The notes: generated by a model from the sequence alone, not told the origin. DNA of 64,000 nucleotides from an uncultured Bacteroides sp. (GCA_949288585.1 CASEKR010000002.1:3204-67203); one strand, 5' to 3'; counted from the first letter of the stretch, positions 30,641 to 41,384 are shown. A program made the numbers and translations.

Positions 30641-31849
30641 ATGACGCCCCTGAACGAAGAGACCCTCCGCTTCATCCGCCTGCACGCCGACGACGACGTG
30701 CGCGCACTGGCCCTGCACGCCCGGCCCGAGCCCGGCGTAGACCTGCCCGCCGCCTTGGAGCAGATAGCCGGCCGCCGGGTACTGGCCGCCAAGGTGCCCC
30801 GCTGGGCGGCCAAGGAGGGCATTGTCTACCCGCCGCGCCTGTCCTTAGAGCAATGTTCGTCCGAGGCGACGGCCAGCCACAAGGCTGAGATTGTCCGGCG
30901 GTTCGGCGGAGCGCGCGGCCGTCTGGCCGACCTGACGGGCGGGTTGGGCGTAGACTGCTCCTTCTTAGCGCCGCTCTTCCGGGAGGTGGACTACGTAGAG
31001 CGGCAGGAGACGCTTTGCGAACTGGCCGCGCACAACTTCCCCCGGCTGGGCTTGGGGCACATCCGCGTGCACCGGGCGGAGGCGGCAGATTTCTTGGAGG
31101 GGCTGGCAGCCGACTGGATTTTCCTGGACCCGGCGCGGCGCGACGCGCACGGGGGAAAGACGGTGGCCCTGGCCGACTGCGAGCCGGACGTCACCCGCCT
31201 GGAGAACAGGCTGCTGGCCTGCGCCCCCCGCGTCCTGCTCAAGCTGTCGCCCATGCTCGACCTGACGCTGGCCATGCACCAACTGGAGCGGGTAAGCGAA
31301 GCGCATGTTGTGGCCGTGGACAACGAGTGCAAAGAACTGCTGTTGGTGCTGGAGCGCGATTGTCCCGCCGCCGGCGCAAGCGAAGTGCCCATCCACTGCA
31401 CATCTCTGCGCGGCGGCGCACCCGCACAGACCTTCACCTTCACCCGCCGGGCCGAACAGGAGGCTCCCTGCCCCCTCGCCGAAGAGCCGGGCGCTTACCT
31501 CTACGAACCCAACGCCGCCCTGCTGAAAGCCGGGGCGTTCCGCAGCCTGTGCCCCATCTACCAGGTACAGAAGCTGCATCCTAACAGCCACCTGTACACG
31601 TCGGACTATCCCGTAGACGGCTTCCCCGGCCGCCGCTTCCGCGTCACGGGCTGGAGCGGCTTCGGCAAGAAGGAACTCAAAGCATTGCTCGACGGCGTGT
31701 GCCAAGCCAACCTGAGCGTCCGCAACTTCCCCGCCCCCGTGGCTGAACTGCGCAAGCGGCTCCGCCTGGCCGAAGGGGGCGGCGTCTACCTCTTCGCCAC
31801 CACCCTGGCCGACGGGCGGAAGGCGCTGCTGCGCGCCGAAAAAGCCTGA
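30641..31849 (+). CDS. Class I SAM methyltransferase with THUMP-like C-terminal domain
   Basis: LSLEQCSSE, DLTGGLGVD, FLDPARR and KLSPMLD. Confidence 0.85.
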   Translation: MTPLNEETLRFIRLHADDDVRALALHARPEPGVDLPAALEQIAGRRVLAAKVPRWAAKEGIVYPPRLSLEQCSSEATASHKAEIVRRFGGARGRLADLTGGLGVDCSFLAPLFREVDYVERQETLCELAAHNFPRLGLGHIRVHRAEAADFLEGLAADWIFLDPARRDAHGGKTVALADCEPDVTRLENRLLACAPRVLLKLSPMLDLTLAMHQLERVSEAHVVAVDNECKELLLVLERDCPAAGASEVPIHCTSLRGGAPAQTFTFTRRAEQEAPCPLAEEPGAYLYEPNAALLKAGAFRSLCPIYQVQKLHPNSHLYTSDYPVDGFPGRRFRVTGWSGFGKKELKALLDGVCQANLSVRNFPAPVAELRKRLRLAEGGGVYLFATTLADGRKALLRAEKA

Positions 31850-31908
31850 ACGCAGTATCTCCACCCGGAAGAAAAAACCTGACACGCGGACGCCGTGCGG
31901 AAAACGGA

Positions 31909-31971
31909 TGCGTTCTCCGCACTCGGCGCTTGCGTTCTCCGCACTCGGCAGATACGTCCTCCGCACCCGGC
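31909..31971. repeat. Three 22-bp-period intergenic repeats
   Basis: TGCGTTCTCCGCACTCGGC at 31909 and 31931, with a variant at 31953. Confidence 0.75.
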
Positions 31972-32056
31972 GCGCGGCTCGTGTGCAGAGGGCACATCCG
32001 GCTGTGCCACAGCGAGATGGTCTGTTTCGGATAATTTGACAAAGCCGTCCCCGGCC

Positions 32057-32134
32057 GTAACGCCGTTGTAACAGGTTTGTTACTACACCTTAAATCTACC
32101 GAAAAAACCTTGTAATGCAGACCCTCTACTTTTG
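32057..32134 (+). promoter_or_regulatory. Pho-box-like 11-bp-phased GT(A/T)A(C/T) repeats plus a -7 element
   Basis: GTAAC at 32057 and 32068, GTTAC at 32079, GTAAT at 32112; TACTTTTG at 32127. Confidence 0.5.
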
Positions 32135-32164
32135 CGGCCAAATAGAAAACCATTTTTAATAAGT

Positions 32165-34990
32165 ATGAAACAAATCGAACGAGTACTCTTATCTTTGCTC
32201 CTCCTCTTGGCGGCCGGGCTGCCTGTCCAGGCCGACGGGAATGCGAACAAAGACTATGTGAACGTGAACGAAACGAAACAGGGCGCCATCCGGGGCCGCA
32301 TCGTAGACAACGCGAAGCAGACCCTGCCGGGCGCCACCATCTACATCGAGTCGCTCCACACGGGCGTGGTCAGCGACATGAACGGGTTCTACACTCTGGC
32401 CAATCTCGCGCCGGGCACCTACCGCGTGAAAGTCTCCTACGTGGGCTACTCGCCGGTGGAGATGACCATCACCATCCCCGAAGGGAAAACCGTGGAGCGC
32501 GACGTCACCCTGAACGAGGGCCTCGAACTGCAGGAAGTGGTCGTGGGCGGCGCCTTCACCGGACAGCGGCGCGCCCTGGCTTCGCAGAAGAACGCGATGG
32601 GCATCACCAACGTCGTCTCGGCCGACCAGGTGGGCAAGTTCCCGGACTCCAACATCGGCGACGCCCTGAAACGCATCTCGGGCATCAACGTACAGTATGA
32701 TCAGGGCGAAGCGCGCTTCGGACAAGTGCGCGGCACCAGCGCCGACCTCAGTTCCGTCACCATCAACGGCAACCGCATCCCCTCGGCCGAAGGCGACACG
32801 CGCAACGTGCAACTCGACCTCATCCCCGCCGACATGGTGCAGACCATCGAAGTCAGCAAGGTCGTGACCGCCGACATGGACGGCGACGCCATAGGCGGCT
32901 CCATCAACCTCATCACCAAGAACACGCCCTACCGCCGCATCTTCAACGCCACGGCCGGAAACGGATACAACGCCGTCAGCAAGAAGGCCCAACTCAACCT
33001 CGGCCTGACCTACGGCGACCGCTTCCTGGACGACAAGCTGGGACTGATGATTTCCGGCTCTTACCAATACGCCCCCGGCGGCTCGGACAACGCCGAGTTC
33101 GAATACGACGTGGACGGAGACCAGGTGGTGATGAAAGAAGCACAGGTACGCCAATACTACGTCACCCGCGAACGCCAGAGCTACTCCCTCGCCCTGGACT
33201 ACGAGTTCAACCCTGACCACAAAATCTCCTTCAAAGGCATCTACAACCGCCGCAACGACTGGGAAAACCGCTACCGCGCCGTCTACAAGGACTTGGACGA
33301 ATCGGACCCCGCCGAACAATCCATCGAACTCCAGACCAAGGGCGGCGCCTCTGACACGAAAAACGCGCGCCTGGAACGCCAGCAGACCATGGACTTCACG
33401 CTGGACGGCGAACACAACCTGGGCGGGCGCGTGCTGATGGACTGGGCAGCCTCTTACTCACGCGCCAGCGAAGACCGTCCCAACGAACGCTACTTCGGGC
33501 TGAAGATGGACAACGCGGGCGACAACCTGCTCTCCACCTTCCACGGCGTGGGCGGGCGCGAGCCTTACTCCACACTCGCCTTCCCCGGACTGGGCGACGA
33601 AGCCTGGGAACTGGACGAACTGACCAACAGCGACCAGAGCATCTACGAAAACGAATGGAAGTTCCGCCTCAACTTCGAGCTTCCCTTGGCCAAAGGACTC
33701 TTCGGCAACACCCTGCGCTTCGGCGGAAAATATACGAACAAGACGAAAGACCGCGAGACGGAATGGTATAAGTACGACAAAGTATTCAGCGACAACGACG
33801 AATGGCGCAACCAGGGCGCGGCCCAGATACGCAAAGGATTCATGGTGGGCGGACAGCACCCCGTGGGCACGCACTTCGTCAGCAAGGAATACCTGGGCGG
33901 CATCGACTTCTCCTCCATGGAGGGAGAACCCGACTACGAAGAGATGTCGGGTAACTACCACGCCAACGAGCAAATCACCAGCGCCTACCTGCGCTTCGAC
34001 CAGAAGCTGGGCCGCCGGCTCAACCTCATGCTCGGCCTCCGCATGGAACACACCGCGCTGGACTACCGGGGCCTGAACTGGGTGGTGGACGAAGACGAGA
34101 ACGAAAGCCTCCAATCCACCGGCAACCGCAAGAACAACTACACCAACTGGCTGCCCAGCGTCCTGCTGAAGTATGACGTCAACGACGATTTCAAGCTCCG
34201 CGCCTCGTTCACCGAGACGCTCTCGCGCCCCAAATACGCAGCCCTCATCCCCAGCGTCAACTACAACCGCGCGGACGAAGAAGCCACCATCGGCAATCCG
34301 GACCTGAAGCCGACGACTTCCTACAATTTCGACCTCAGCGCCGAATACTACTTCAAGTCCGTCGGGCTCGTCAGCGTAGGCTTCTTCTACAAGAGCGTCA
34401 ACGACGTCATTGTGGACGAAGTATGGCGGGGCATGGCCTCCGAAATACCCCTCAGCGGCACCTACGACTACGAAATCTCCAAACCCATCAACGCCTACGA
34501 CGCCAACCTGTACGGCGTGGAAGCGGCCTACCAACGCGACTTCAGCTTCATCGCCCCCGCCCTGAAATGCCTCGGGTTCTACGGAAACTATACGTACACG
34601 GCCAACAAGACCAAGAACCACCACTTCGAACACCGCGTGCTGGAAGAAGGAGAAGAAATCGACATGATTGGTTCGCCCGAACATACGGCCAACGCTTCGC
34701 TCTTCTTCGAGAAGTGGGGCCTCAACCTCCGCCTCTCCTACAACTTCGCTTCCGCCTTCGTGGACGAAATGGGCGAAGTGGCCCAACTGGACCGCTACTA
34801 CGACAAGGTGAACTACCTGGACCTGAACGCCACCTACACCTTCGGCAAGCGCTTCAAGACGACCATCTATGCCGACGTGACCAACCTGCTCAACCAGCCC
34901 TTGCGCTACTACCAGGGAACCAAAGACCGCACGATGCAGGTGGAATACTACGGAGCACGCTTCAATGCCGGCATCAAGGTGAGCTTCTAA
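32165..34990 (+). CDS. TonB-dependent receptor (no adjacent SusD)
   Basis: Carboxypeptidase-regulatory-like N-terminal domain, plug motif FPDSNIGDALKRISG, GNPDLKP and C-terminal Phe. Confidence 0.93.
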   Translation: MKQIERVLLSLLLLLAAGLPVQADGNANKDYVNVNETKQGAIRGRIVDNAKQTLPGATIYIESLHTGVVSDMNGFYTLANLAPGTYRVKVSYVGYSPVEMTITIPEGKTVERDVTLNEGLELQEVVVGGAFTGQRRALASQKNAMGITNVVSADQVGKFPDSNIGDALKRISGINVQYDQGEARFGQVRGTSADLSSVTINGNRIPSAEGDTRNVQLDLIPADMVQTIEVSKVVTADMDGDAIGGSINLITKNTPYRRIFNATAGNGYNAVSKKAQLNLGLTYGDRFLDDKLGLMISGSYQYAPGGSDNAEFEYDVDGDQVVMKEAQVRQYYVTRERQSYSLALDYEFNPDHKISFKGIYNRRNDWENRYRAVYKDLDESDPAEQSIELQTKGGASDTKNARLERQQTMDFTLDGEHNLGGRVLMDWAASYSRASEDRPNERYFGLKMDNAGDNLLSTFHGVGGREPYSTLAFPGLGDEAWELDELTNSDQSIYENEWKFRLNFELPLAKGLFGNTLRFGGKYTNKTKDRETEWYKYDKVFSDNDEWRNQGAAQIRKGFMVGGQHPVGTHFVSKEYLGGIDFSSMEGEPDYEEMSGNYHANEQITSAYLRFDQKLGRRLNLMLGLRMEHTALDYRGLNWVVDEDENESLQSTGNRKNNYTNWLPSVLLKYDVNDDFKLRASFTETLSRPKYAALIPSVNYNRADEEATIGNPDLKPTTSYNFDLSAEYYFKSVGLVSVGFFYKSVNDVIVDEVWRGMASEIPLSGTYDYEISKPINAYDANLYGVEAAYQRDFSFIAPALKCLGFYGNYTYTANKTKNHHFEHRVLEEGEEIDMIGSPEHTANASLFFEKWGLNLRLSYNFASAFVDEMGEVAQLDRYYDKVNYLDLNATYTFGKRFKTTIYADVTNLLNQPLRYYQGTKDRTMQVEYYGARFNAGIKVSF

Positions 34991-35089
34991 GGCGGGAAAC
35001 AGACGGAGCTTTTTCCCGGAAGATTCCAGAATCAACGTGTAACTTTGCGCCGTCAGTATCTCGACCAACAAGTATTAACTCTAAAAGAA

Positions 35090-36028
35090 ATGAAAATGAA
35101 GAAACTATTCCTGCTCCTGTCCTTCGCCCTCTGCGCCACGTGGGCAGCCGCACAAGAAAAAATTGATTACAGCGTCTACGAAGACAAGTGCAACTTCTAC
35201 ATCGCCAACGACCTGGGCCGCAACGGCTACTACGACCAGAAACCTATCGCCGAACTGATGGGCGTGATGGCCGAAGAAGTAGGCCCCGAATGCGTCATCG
35301 CCGCCGGCGACATCCACCACTTCGACGGCGTCGCCTCTGTGGACGACCCGCTATGGATGACCAACTACGAACTCATCTACGCCCACCCCGAACTGATGAT
35401 TGCCTGGCACCCCATCTGCGGCAACCACGAATACCGGGGCAACACGCAGGCCGTCATGGATTACAGCCGCGTCAGCCGCCGCTGGGAGATGCCCGCCCGC
35501 TACTATACCGAGGCATTCAGCGAAGAAGGCACCACCGTGCGCATCGTCTGGATTGACACCACGCCCCTCATAGACAAGTACCGCGAAGAGTACGGCAAGT
35601 ATCCCGACGCCTGCCAGCAGGACATCGACACCCAACTGCAATGGTTGGACGCCACCCTGGCCGCCGCCAAGGAAGACTGGGTCATCGTGGTGGGACACCA
35701 CCCCATCTACGCCGAGACCTCGAAGGACGACGTGGAACGCGAAGACATGCAGAGGCGCGTGGATACCTTGCTGCGGAAACACCGCGTGGATATGTACATC
35801 AACGGGCACATCCACAACTTCCAGCACATCCGCGCGGCAGGCAGCGACATTGACTACGTTACCAACTCGTCCGGCTCGCTCAGCCGCAAAGTGAAACCCA
35901 TCGAGGGCACCGTGTTCTGCAGCAGCGAACCGGGATTCTCCATCCTGTCTGCCACGCCACGGACGCTGGAACTGCGCATGGTGGACAAGCATGGGAAAGT
36001 GTTGCACACCGTGACGCGCCAGAAGTAA
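35090..36028 (+). CDS. Secreted metallophosphoesterase (purple acid phosphatase-like)
   Basis: NDLG, GD, GNHEY, GHHP and GHIH motifs; signal peptide. Confidence 0.9.
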   Translation: MKMKKLFLLLSFALCATWAAAQEKIDYSVYEDKCNFYIANDLGRNGYYDQKPIAELMGVMAEEVGPECVIAAGDIHHFDGVASVDDPLWMTNYELIYAHPELMIAWHPICGNHEYRGNTQAVMDYSRVSRRWEMPARYYTEAFSEEGTTVRIVWIDTTPLIDKYREEYGKYPDACQQDIDTQLQWLDATLAAAKEDWVIVVGHHPIYAETSKDDVEREDMQRRVDTLLRKHRVDMYINGHIHNFQHIRAAGSDIDYVTNSSGSLSRKVKPIEGTVFCSSEPGFSILSATPRTLELRMVDKHGKVLHTVTRQK

Positions 36029-36070
36029 AAAGCGCGAAGAAGAGAGACTGATTATTGCTTCTTTTTCTGT

Positions 36071-36110
36071 CCCCCGCCTACGGCTTGGCGCCGCCCAGCG
36101 GGGGCTTTTT
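36071..36110 (+). terminator. Intrinsic terminator between convergent genes
   Basis: CCCCCGC..GCGGGGG stem followed by T5. Confidence 0.6.
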
Positions 36111-36116
36111 ATACCC

Positions 36117-37775
36117 TCACCTGCCCAACGGGGCATCCAGTACCACCACACGTGGCCGCGCAAACGGACGGCTGGGCGCCCCGGCGGCAGCGCGCGTCTG
36201 CGGGACAAAAGTCTGCTGGTCGAAACGGATAAACTCCTCCAGATCCGGCGTGCGGCCTTCGCCGCGACGCACCACGTTATTATAAATGGCCCGGCGCGAC
36301 GGAGCGTTGAATCCCAAGATGTTGCTGCGCATCATGCTCTCCTCCGTCGAACGGTAAGCCCCCGACCAATACGTGCAGGCGCCTTCGATGACGCCCAGGC
36401 CCTGTCCGTCATAGCGCGGGTCGAAGAGGAAATCACTCCAAAGCACCGCGTTCCAGTCCGCTGTAAAATCCACGTTCATCCACCAGCCGAAGTCGCGCTG
36501 CTGTTGTTGGCGGTCGGCAATCTCGCTGGCAGGCATTGCCCCCTGCGTCTCGTAGGAATACTCATCGTCCAGCTTGCCGATGCCGTGGCCCACCACTTCA
36601 TGCACCATCACGCGGCGGAAGTTCTCGCTGCCCAGCTTCTCAATGACGGGACAATAGGCCACGGAGAAGTCCACCGGATTCCCCTGCCGATCCGTATAGC
36701 TGTAATTCGTGCCGCCATAGGCGTCAGTGTTCAGCACCACCACGACCTGCGTATTGTTCAAGTCGATGCCCTCCACGGCCTGCGCGTATTCCTGCACAGC
36801 TTTGTCGTCGCCACCCACCAACGTGCTGTTTCCGCCCTCCATCCAGCAACCCAGGGCCGTCTCATAGCCCTCGGCAAAGATGTTGTGGCGCGACACGGCC
36901 GTCACGGAATAGATGTCGAAATAGTCCTGCAACGAGCGGATAGGCTCTTCGGTGAACAGATTCTCCACGGCCTGTTCCATCACTTGGGCATAGTAACCGT
37001 CCGCTATCTCCGTGTCGATGAACCCGTCGCCCATCAGCACCAAGGGGATGCCGTTGCCCTGCGTGTGCGGCTGGAGCAGTTCCACCGCCTTATCCATCGA
37101 ATAATCTATGCTCTCGCCGGTGCCCTGCCCCACCTGCGTGATGGTGGCCGTAGCCAGCAGGTTCCCTTCGGTCAAAGGCGTATTTTCACTGGAAACCTTG
37201 CCAAAGTAAACGACCGTGGTCCGCGCCTGCCGCCCCTTGTTGGGCAAGACATACAGGGGCAGGTAATAAGACGCCTCGCTCACCGCCCGGGTGTCCGGCT
37301 GCGAAGTAATCCAGTCGCAATCTCCCTGCGTATATATAGCAAAGTTCTCCTGCGGCAGGGTGGTGCGGAAATAGATATTCAGGTTGCCTCCGTCCGCATC
37401 ATGGGTAATGAGCGGGTCTTCCACAAAGATATACTCTTCCTGCCGCACGGCAAAGCGCACAGACTGCTCCCCGGCCATCAGACTCAGCGTAGCCTCGCGC
37501 ACCTGCCCCGTATCGTTCGGCTTGGCCACCCGCAACACCACCTGCTGGTCGCCGGCTTCCCCGCTCGTGGGCGACACCTGCAGCCAATCCGCATCGACGC
37601 TCATGCTCCAACTACGGTCAGCCACAAACGACAAAGTATAGGTAGCCCCCATCTCCGCACCTATCAGCATTTCTTCACCGACAGAAAAATCAAACGCCTG
37701 CTCCTCGTCCTGGCAAGAATAAGCCAAAGACAACAGCCCCAGCAGACAAAAAAGGAAAACATGTTTTTTCATCAT
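36117..37775 (-). CDS. BACON-domain lipoprotein with M64-like zinc metallopeptidase domain
   Basis: YSC lipobox, WLQVSPTSG BACON, MGDGF, HEVVGHGIGKLDDEY and S.MRSN. Confidence 0.75.
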   Translation of the reverse strand: MMKKHVFLFCLLGLLSLAYSCQDEEQAFDFSVGEEMLIGAEMGATYTLSFVADRSWSMSVDADWLQVSPTSGEAGDQQVVLRVAKPNDTGQVREATLSLMAGEQSVRFAVRQEEYIFVEDPLITHDADGGNLNIYFRTTLPQENFAIYTQGDCDWITSQPDTRAVSEASYYLPLYVLPNKGRQARTTVVYFGKVSSENTPLTEGNLLATATITQVGQGTGESIDYSMDKAVELLQPHTQGNGIPLVLMGDGFIDTEIADGYYAQVMEQAVENLFTEEPIRSLQDYFDIYSVTAVSRHNIFAEGYETALGCWMEGGNSTLVGGDDKAVQEYAQAVEGIDLNNTQVVVVLNTDAYGGTNYSYTDRQGNPVDFSVAYCPVIEKLGSENFRRVMVHEVVGHGIGKLDDEYSYETQGAMPASEIADRQQQQRDFGWWMNVDFTADWNAVLWSDFLFDPRYDGQGLGVIEGACTYWSGAYRSTEESMMRSNILGFNAPSRRAIYNNVVRRGEGRTPDLEEFIRFDQQTFVPQTRAAAGAPSRPFARPRVVVLDAPLGR

Positions 37776-38005
37776 AAGACGTATGCAGTAATTAAACAAT
37801 CCATCCTGCCCCGCACCAGCCGACGCAGAAACCGCCCCAAAAGTAAGAAATCGGCCCGAATAATGGAAAAAGGAAGCCCGAAAAACGCCTGCCGGCCGGA
37901 GAAAAAGCCCCGAGATATACCCAAAAGCAAAAAACAGCCCGCCAAATATTCCATTTCCTACCGAATTGGCGTATCTTTGCCGACAAATAGACACCGATAA
38001 ACATC

Positions 38006-39142
38006 ATGGCTGTAACCATCAAGAAAGTATCCGACCGACGGGACTTGAAGCGCTTCATCCGCTTCAACTATGAATTGTACAAGAACAACCCCTACTCCGT
38101 GCCCGACCTCTACGACGACATGCTGCGCACGCTGGACAAGAAGAAGAACGCCGCCTTCGAGTTCTGCGAAGCCGACTACTTCCTGGCCTACAAAGACGGC
38201 CGCTTAGTGGGGCGCGTGGCCGCCATCATCAACCACCGAGCCAACCAGACTTGGAACAAAAAGGAAGTGCGCTTCGGATGGATAGACTTCACGGACGACG
38301 CTGAAGTGTCCGAAGCCCTGATCCGCACCGTCGAACAATGGGGCAAAGAACGCGGCATGACCCAGATACAAGGCCCCCTCGGCTTCACCGACATGGATGC
38401 TGAAGGCATGCTGATAGAAGGCTTCGACCAACTGGGCACCATGGCCACCATCTACAACTACCCCTACTACCCCGCCCACATGGAGCGCTTGGGCTTCCGC
38501 AAAGACGCCGACTGGGTGGAGTTCAAAATCTACATCCCCGACGCCATCCCCGACAAGCACCGCCGCATCTCTGAATTGGTACAGCGCAAGTACAACCTGC
38601 AAGTCAAGAAATACACCTCGGGCAAAGCCATCGCCCGCGACTACGGCCAGGCCATCTTCCGGCTTATCAACGAAGCCTTTGCCCCCCTCTACGGCTATTC
38701 TGCCCTGTCGCAACGCCAGATAGACCAATACGTCAAGATGTACCTCCCTATCCTTGATTTGCGCATGGTCACCCTCGTCACCGACGCCGATGGCCAACTG
38801 ATAGCCGTGGGCATCTCCATGCCCTCGCTGTCGCGCGCCCTCCAGAAGGCACACGGCCGCCTGCTCCCCTTCGGCTGGTACCACCTGCTCAAAGCCCTCT
38901 ACTTCAAGCGCCGCTCGCACGTGCTCGACCTCCTGCTCGTGGCCGTCAAGCCCGAATACCAGAACAAAGGAGTCAACGCCCTGCTCTTCTCCGACCTCAT
39001 CCCCGTCTACCAGCAACTCGGCTTCGAATATGCCGAAAGCAACGTCGAACTGGAACTGAACGGCAAGGTGCAGGCACAGTGGGACTACTTCAAGACGGAA
39101 CAGCACAAGAGAAGAAGGGCGTTCATCAAAGAGATAGAATAA
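38006..39142 (+). CDS. GNAT-fold acetyltransferase (YghO-like)
   Basis: VGRVAAIIN, GPLGFTDMD.EG, YNYPYY and VKPEYQNKGV. Confidence 0.8.
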   Translation: MAVTIKKVSDRRDLKRFIRFNYELYKNNPYSVPDLYDDMLRTLDKKKNAAFEFCEADYFLAYKDGRLVGRVAAIINHRANQTWNKKEVRFGWIDFTDDAEVSEALIRTVEQWGKERGMTQIQGPLGFTDMDAEGMLIEGFDQLGTMATIYNYPYYPAHMERLGFRKDADWVEFKIYIPDAIPDKHRRISELVQRKYNLQVKKYTSGKAIARDYGQAIFRLINEAFAPLYGYSALSQRQIDQYVKMYLPILDLRMVTLVTDADGQLIAVGISMPSLSRALQKAHGRLLPFGWYHLLKALYFKRRSHVLDLLLVAVKPEYQNKGVNALLFSDLIPVYQQLGFEYAESNVELELNGKVQAQWDYFKTEQHKRRRAFIKEIE

Positions 39143-39144
39143 AC

Positions 39145-40356
39145 ATGAGCCCTGCCGGATGCTATTTCTTAGACCAACTGCAGCTCAGCCTGTGGATGCG
39201 CAGCAAAAACGGCGCCAGCTACCTGCTGAAAGACAGGGAAAGGGAAGTCTTCCTGAAGCTATATGCCCTGTGGGACAGTCGGGAATGGCAGCATGAAGAA
39301 GTGGCAGACGACTTGTGCCTTAGCCGGGAAAGGATAAGGCAATTAGAGATGAAGGTCTTCAAGAAACTGGGCTACCGGAAGAAACAGGCCTCTGCTCCTG
39401 CGGGACGGCTGTATGCCCTGCTCACCGGCAACCGCCCACAGGCGGGAACGGATAAAGAATCATTGGCGCTCCACCTGCACGATTTCCATGCCACGCACCT
39501 GCCGGAATGGGACAAGGCACGCTTCTTCCGCTTCGCAGAGCACTTCCTCAAAGTAAACAAACTGGCAGACATCCTAAAGAAAACGCAGAAAGACCGGCAA
39601 GCTGTCCGCAAGCCCAAAGACAAACTGGAACACATCTACGGCCAAATCATCTGGCCACAGACAGTCATATACCATCCGGAACCGGGCCTGCACAGTTTCT
39701 CTCCTCAACGCACCATTCAGCCCGAGCAAGACAATGGAATATCCGTCACCGGCGAATACTTCAGTGCTAAGCTGCAAAGGATGGTCTTTTATGAATCTGC
39801 ATTAGAAAAAACTTTCTTCAAAGCCGTGGAGCAATCGCCCAACGTACCGGCCTACTGCGAACAGCCCTTCACCCTCTCCATGGAGTTCAACGGGAAAACA
39901 TTCTCCTATACCCCGGACATCCTGTTGCAACTGAAAGACGGCCGCCGCGTCGTGATTGAAATCAAACCGCTGGCCCACATGGTAGACACCGAAGTGCAAA
40001 GGAAGTTCCAGCACTTGTCCGACTACTGCCACGAGCAAGGCTGGGGCTGCCTCCTGACCGACGGTAAGCACGACCTCCCGTACCTGTCCCTCTACCCGTC
40101 CAACCCCGCCTTCGAGCAAGCACTCCTGCAAGCATTGGCCGCCAACAGGCGGCTGACCAACGGCTACATCCGCTCCCTGCAAAAAGAACACGGCGCCAAC
40201 TCGCTCCACTTAGCCCGCTGCATCCTGCGCCACGACCTGTCGTACAGGACATACCCCACCCTGCTGTGGAGCACGAAAGGAGGAGGCATCTGTCAGGTGC
40301 TGAAGAAACAGATAAGGGAGAAAAACTTAGTTCAACAAACCTTCTTCAGCGAATAG
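39145..40356 (+). CDS. Sigma70 region-4 HTH fused to a TnsA-like endonuclease domain
   Basis: EVADDLCLSRERIRQLE HTH; YESALE..YCEQP..YTPD..IEIKP TnsA_N motif. Confidence 0.8.
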   Translation: MSPAGCYFLDQLQLSLWMRSKNGASYLLKDREREVFLKLYALWDSREWQHEEVADDLCLSRERIRQLEMKVFKKLGYRKKQASAPAGRLYALLTGNRPQAGTDKESLALHLHDFHATHLPEWDKARFFRFAEHFLKVNKLADILKKTQKDRQAVRKPKDKLEHIYGQIIWPQTVIYHPEPGLHSFSPQRTIQPEQDNGISVTGEYFSAKLQRMVFYESALEKTFFKAVEQSPNVPAYCEQPFTLSMEFNGKTFSYTPDILLQLKDGRRVVIEIKPLAHMVDTEVQRKFQHLSDYCHEQGWGCLLTDGKHDLPYLSLYPSNPAFEQALLQALAANRRLTNGYIRSLQKEHGANSLHLARCILRHDLSYRTYPTLLWSTKGGGICQVLKKQIREKNLVQQTFFSE

Positions 40357-41384
40357 TTCAATTCCGATTCCGGCACCTCAAAACGCTCGTTCAGAAGCGT
40401 TAGCGTCTGCCCATCCGCGCCATACAGGAAATTGAAGATGCTCTCCCCGTTGTCGGATACGAACTGCCAGACCGTGGCATCATTATTGGCAGGAATGCCG
40501 CGCAAAGTGTTTCGCTTACCCATATAGGTAAAAACCGCATCCTGGCCATCCTCTGCTTCCAGGTAAGTAAGTTGCAAAAGGAACTGCCCGTCCCCGCTAT
40601 GCTCCCGGTGGCGGACATGCAGCCGGTATCGGATGCCCGGACCATCGGCGGCAGGCAGCATCCCCTCGTACTGCGCCTCAACCCAGCTACCTAAATCAAG
40701 GTTATTGTCGCCGGAAGATTGTTTGAACAGCATCTTACCCCTCTGGCTGACCGTCCAGCATCCGTCAGCAAAGTTCAGGTTCTTGGTGTCGTCATCCTCC
40801 ACGTTCCACACATATTTGCCATTGGGCAAAGTGCGCCGCTGCAATCTCTCGGCCGCCTCGCTGCCGGACTGGTACAAATCAGCCCATAGCGAATCCTGGC
40901 TGAACAGGATATAGGTGGCCGACTTCTCCCCATTCACGGATTCAGCCCGTATGCCCTCCCTGAACAACCGCAACTCCCGGCTATCAGGAACAAGGCCTTC
41001 ACCGGAGACCTGCGACGCGCCTTCACCGCTTTCGGCAAAGCCTTCCCTGGCATATTCCAACTTCAACAAGCCTTTCTGCAAGACCAGGCTATCCGGCGTC
41101 AGTTTCTCGATGTCGAAAGTATCCGAGAAAACGATTGTCTGATGGTTGCCTATGCTTTTCCCCGAAAGAATCAGCCGGTCGCCTTGTTTTTCCCATTTCT
41201 CATAAGCCAAGGTAGCCATATTGACGGAGGAAGCCTTGCCGCCTTCTTCCAAGACAAAACCTTGTTCCATCTGAGGCATACCGGGAACAGGCTGCACCCA
41301 TTTGCCTGCCAGACTTTCACTTTCCCCGCAAGCCAACAAAGCCCATGCAGAGAGACTTGCTACCATTAAATTCAATTTTTTCAT
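40332..41384 (-). CDS. Lipocalin-like lipoprotein with NlpE N-terminal domain
   Basis: LLAC lipobox, GKWVQP..ASSVNMATL and YEGMLPAADGPGI. Confidence 0.75.
   Translation of the reverse strand: MKKLNLMVASLSAWALLACGESESLAGKWVQPVPGMPQMEQGFVLEEGGKASSVNMATLAYEKWEKQGDRLILSGKSIGNHQTIVFSDTFDIEKLTPDSLVLQKGLLKLEYAREGFAESGEGASQVSGEGLVPDSRELRLFREGIRAESVNGEKSATYILFSQDSLWADLYQSGSEAAERLQRRTLPNGKYVWNVEDDDTKNLNFADGCWTVSQRGKMLFKQSSGDNNLDLGSWVEAQYEGMLPAADGPGIRYRLHVRHREHSGDGQFLLQLTYLEAEDGQDAVFTYMGKRNTLRGIPANNDATVWQFVSDNGESIFNFLYGADGQTLTLLNERFEVPESELNYSLKKVC

Noticed and set aside
39145-40356. Tn7-like transposon or CAST
   Set aside because: No tnsB, tnsC, tniQ, cas genes or terminal repeats nearby.
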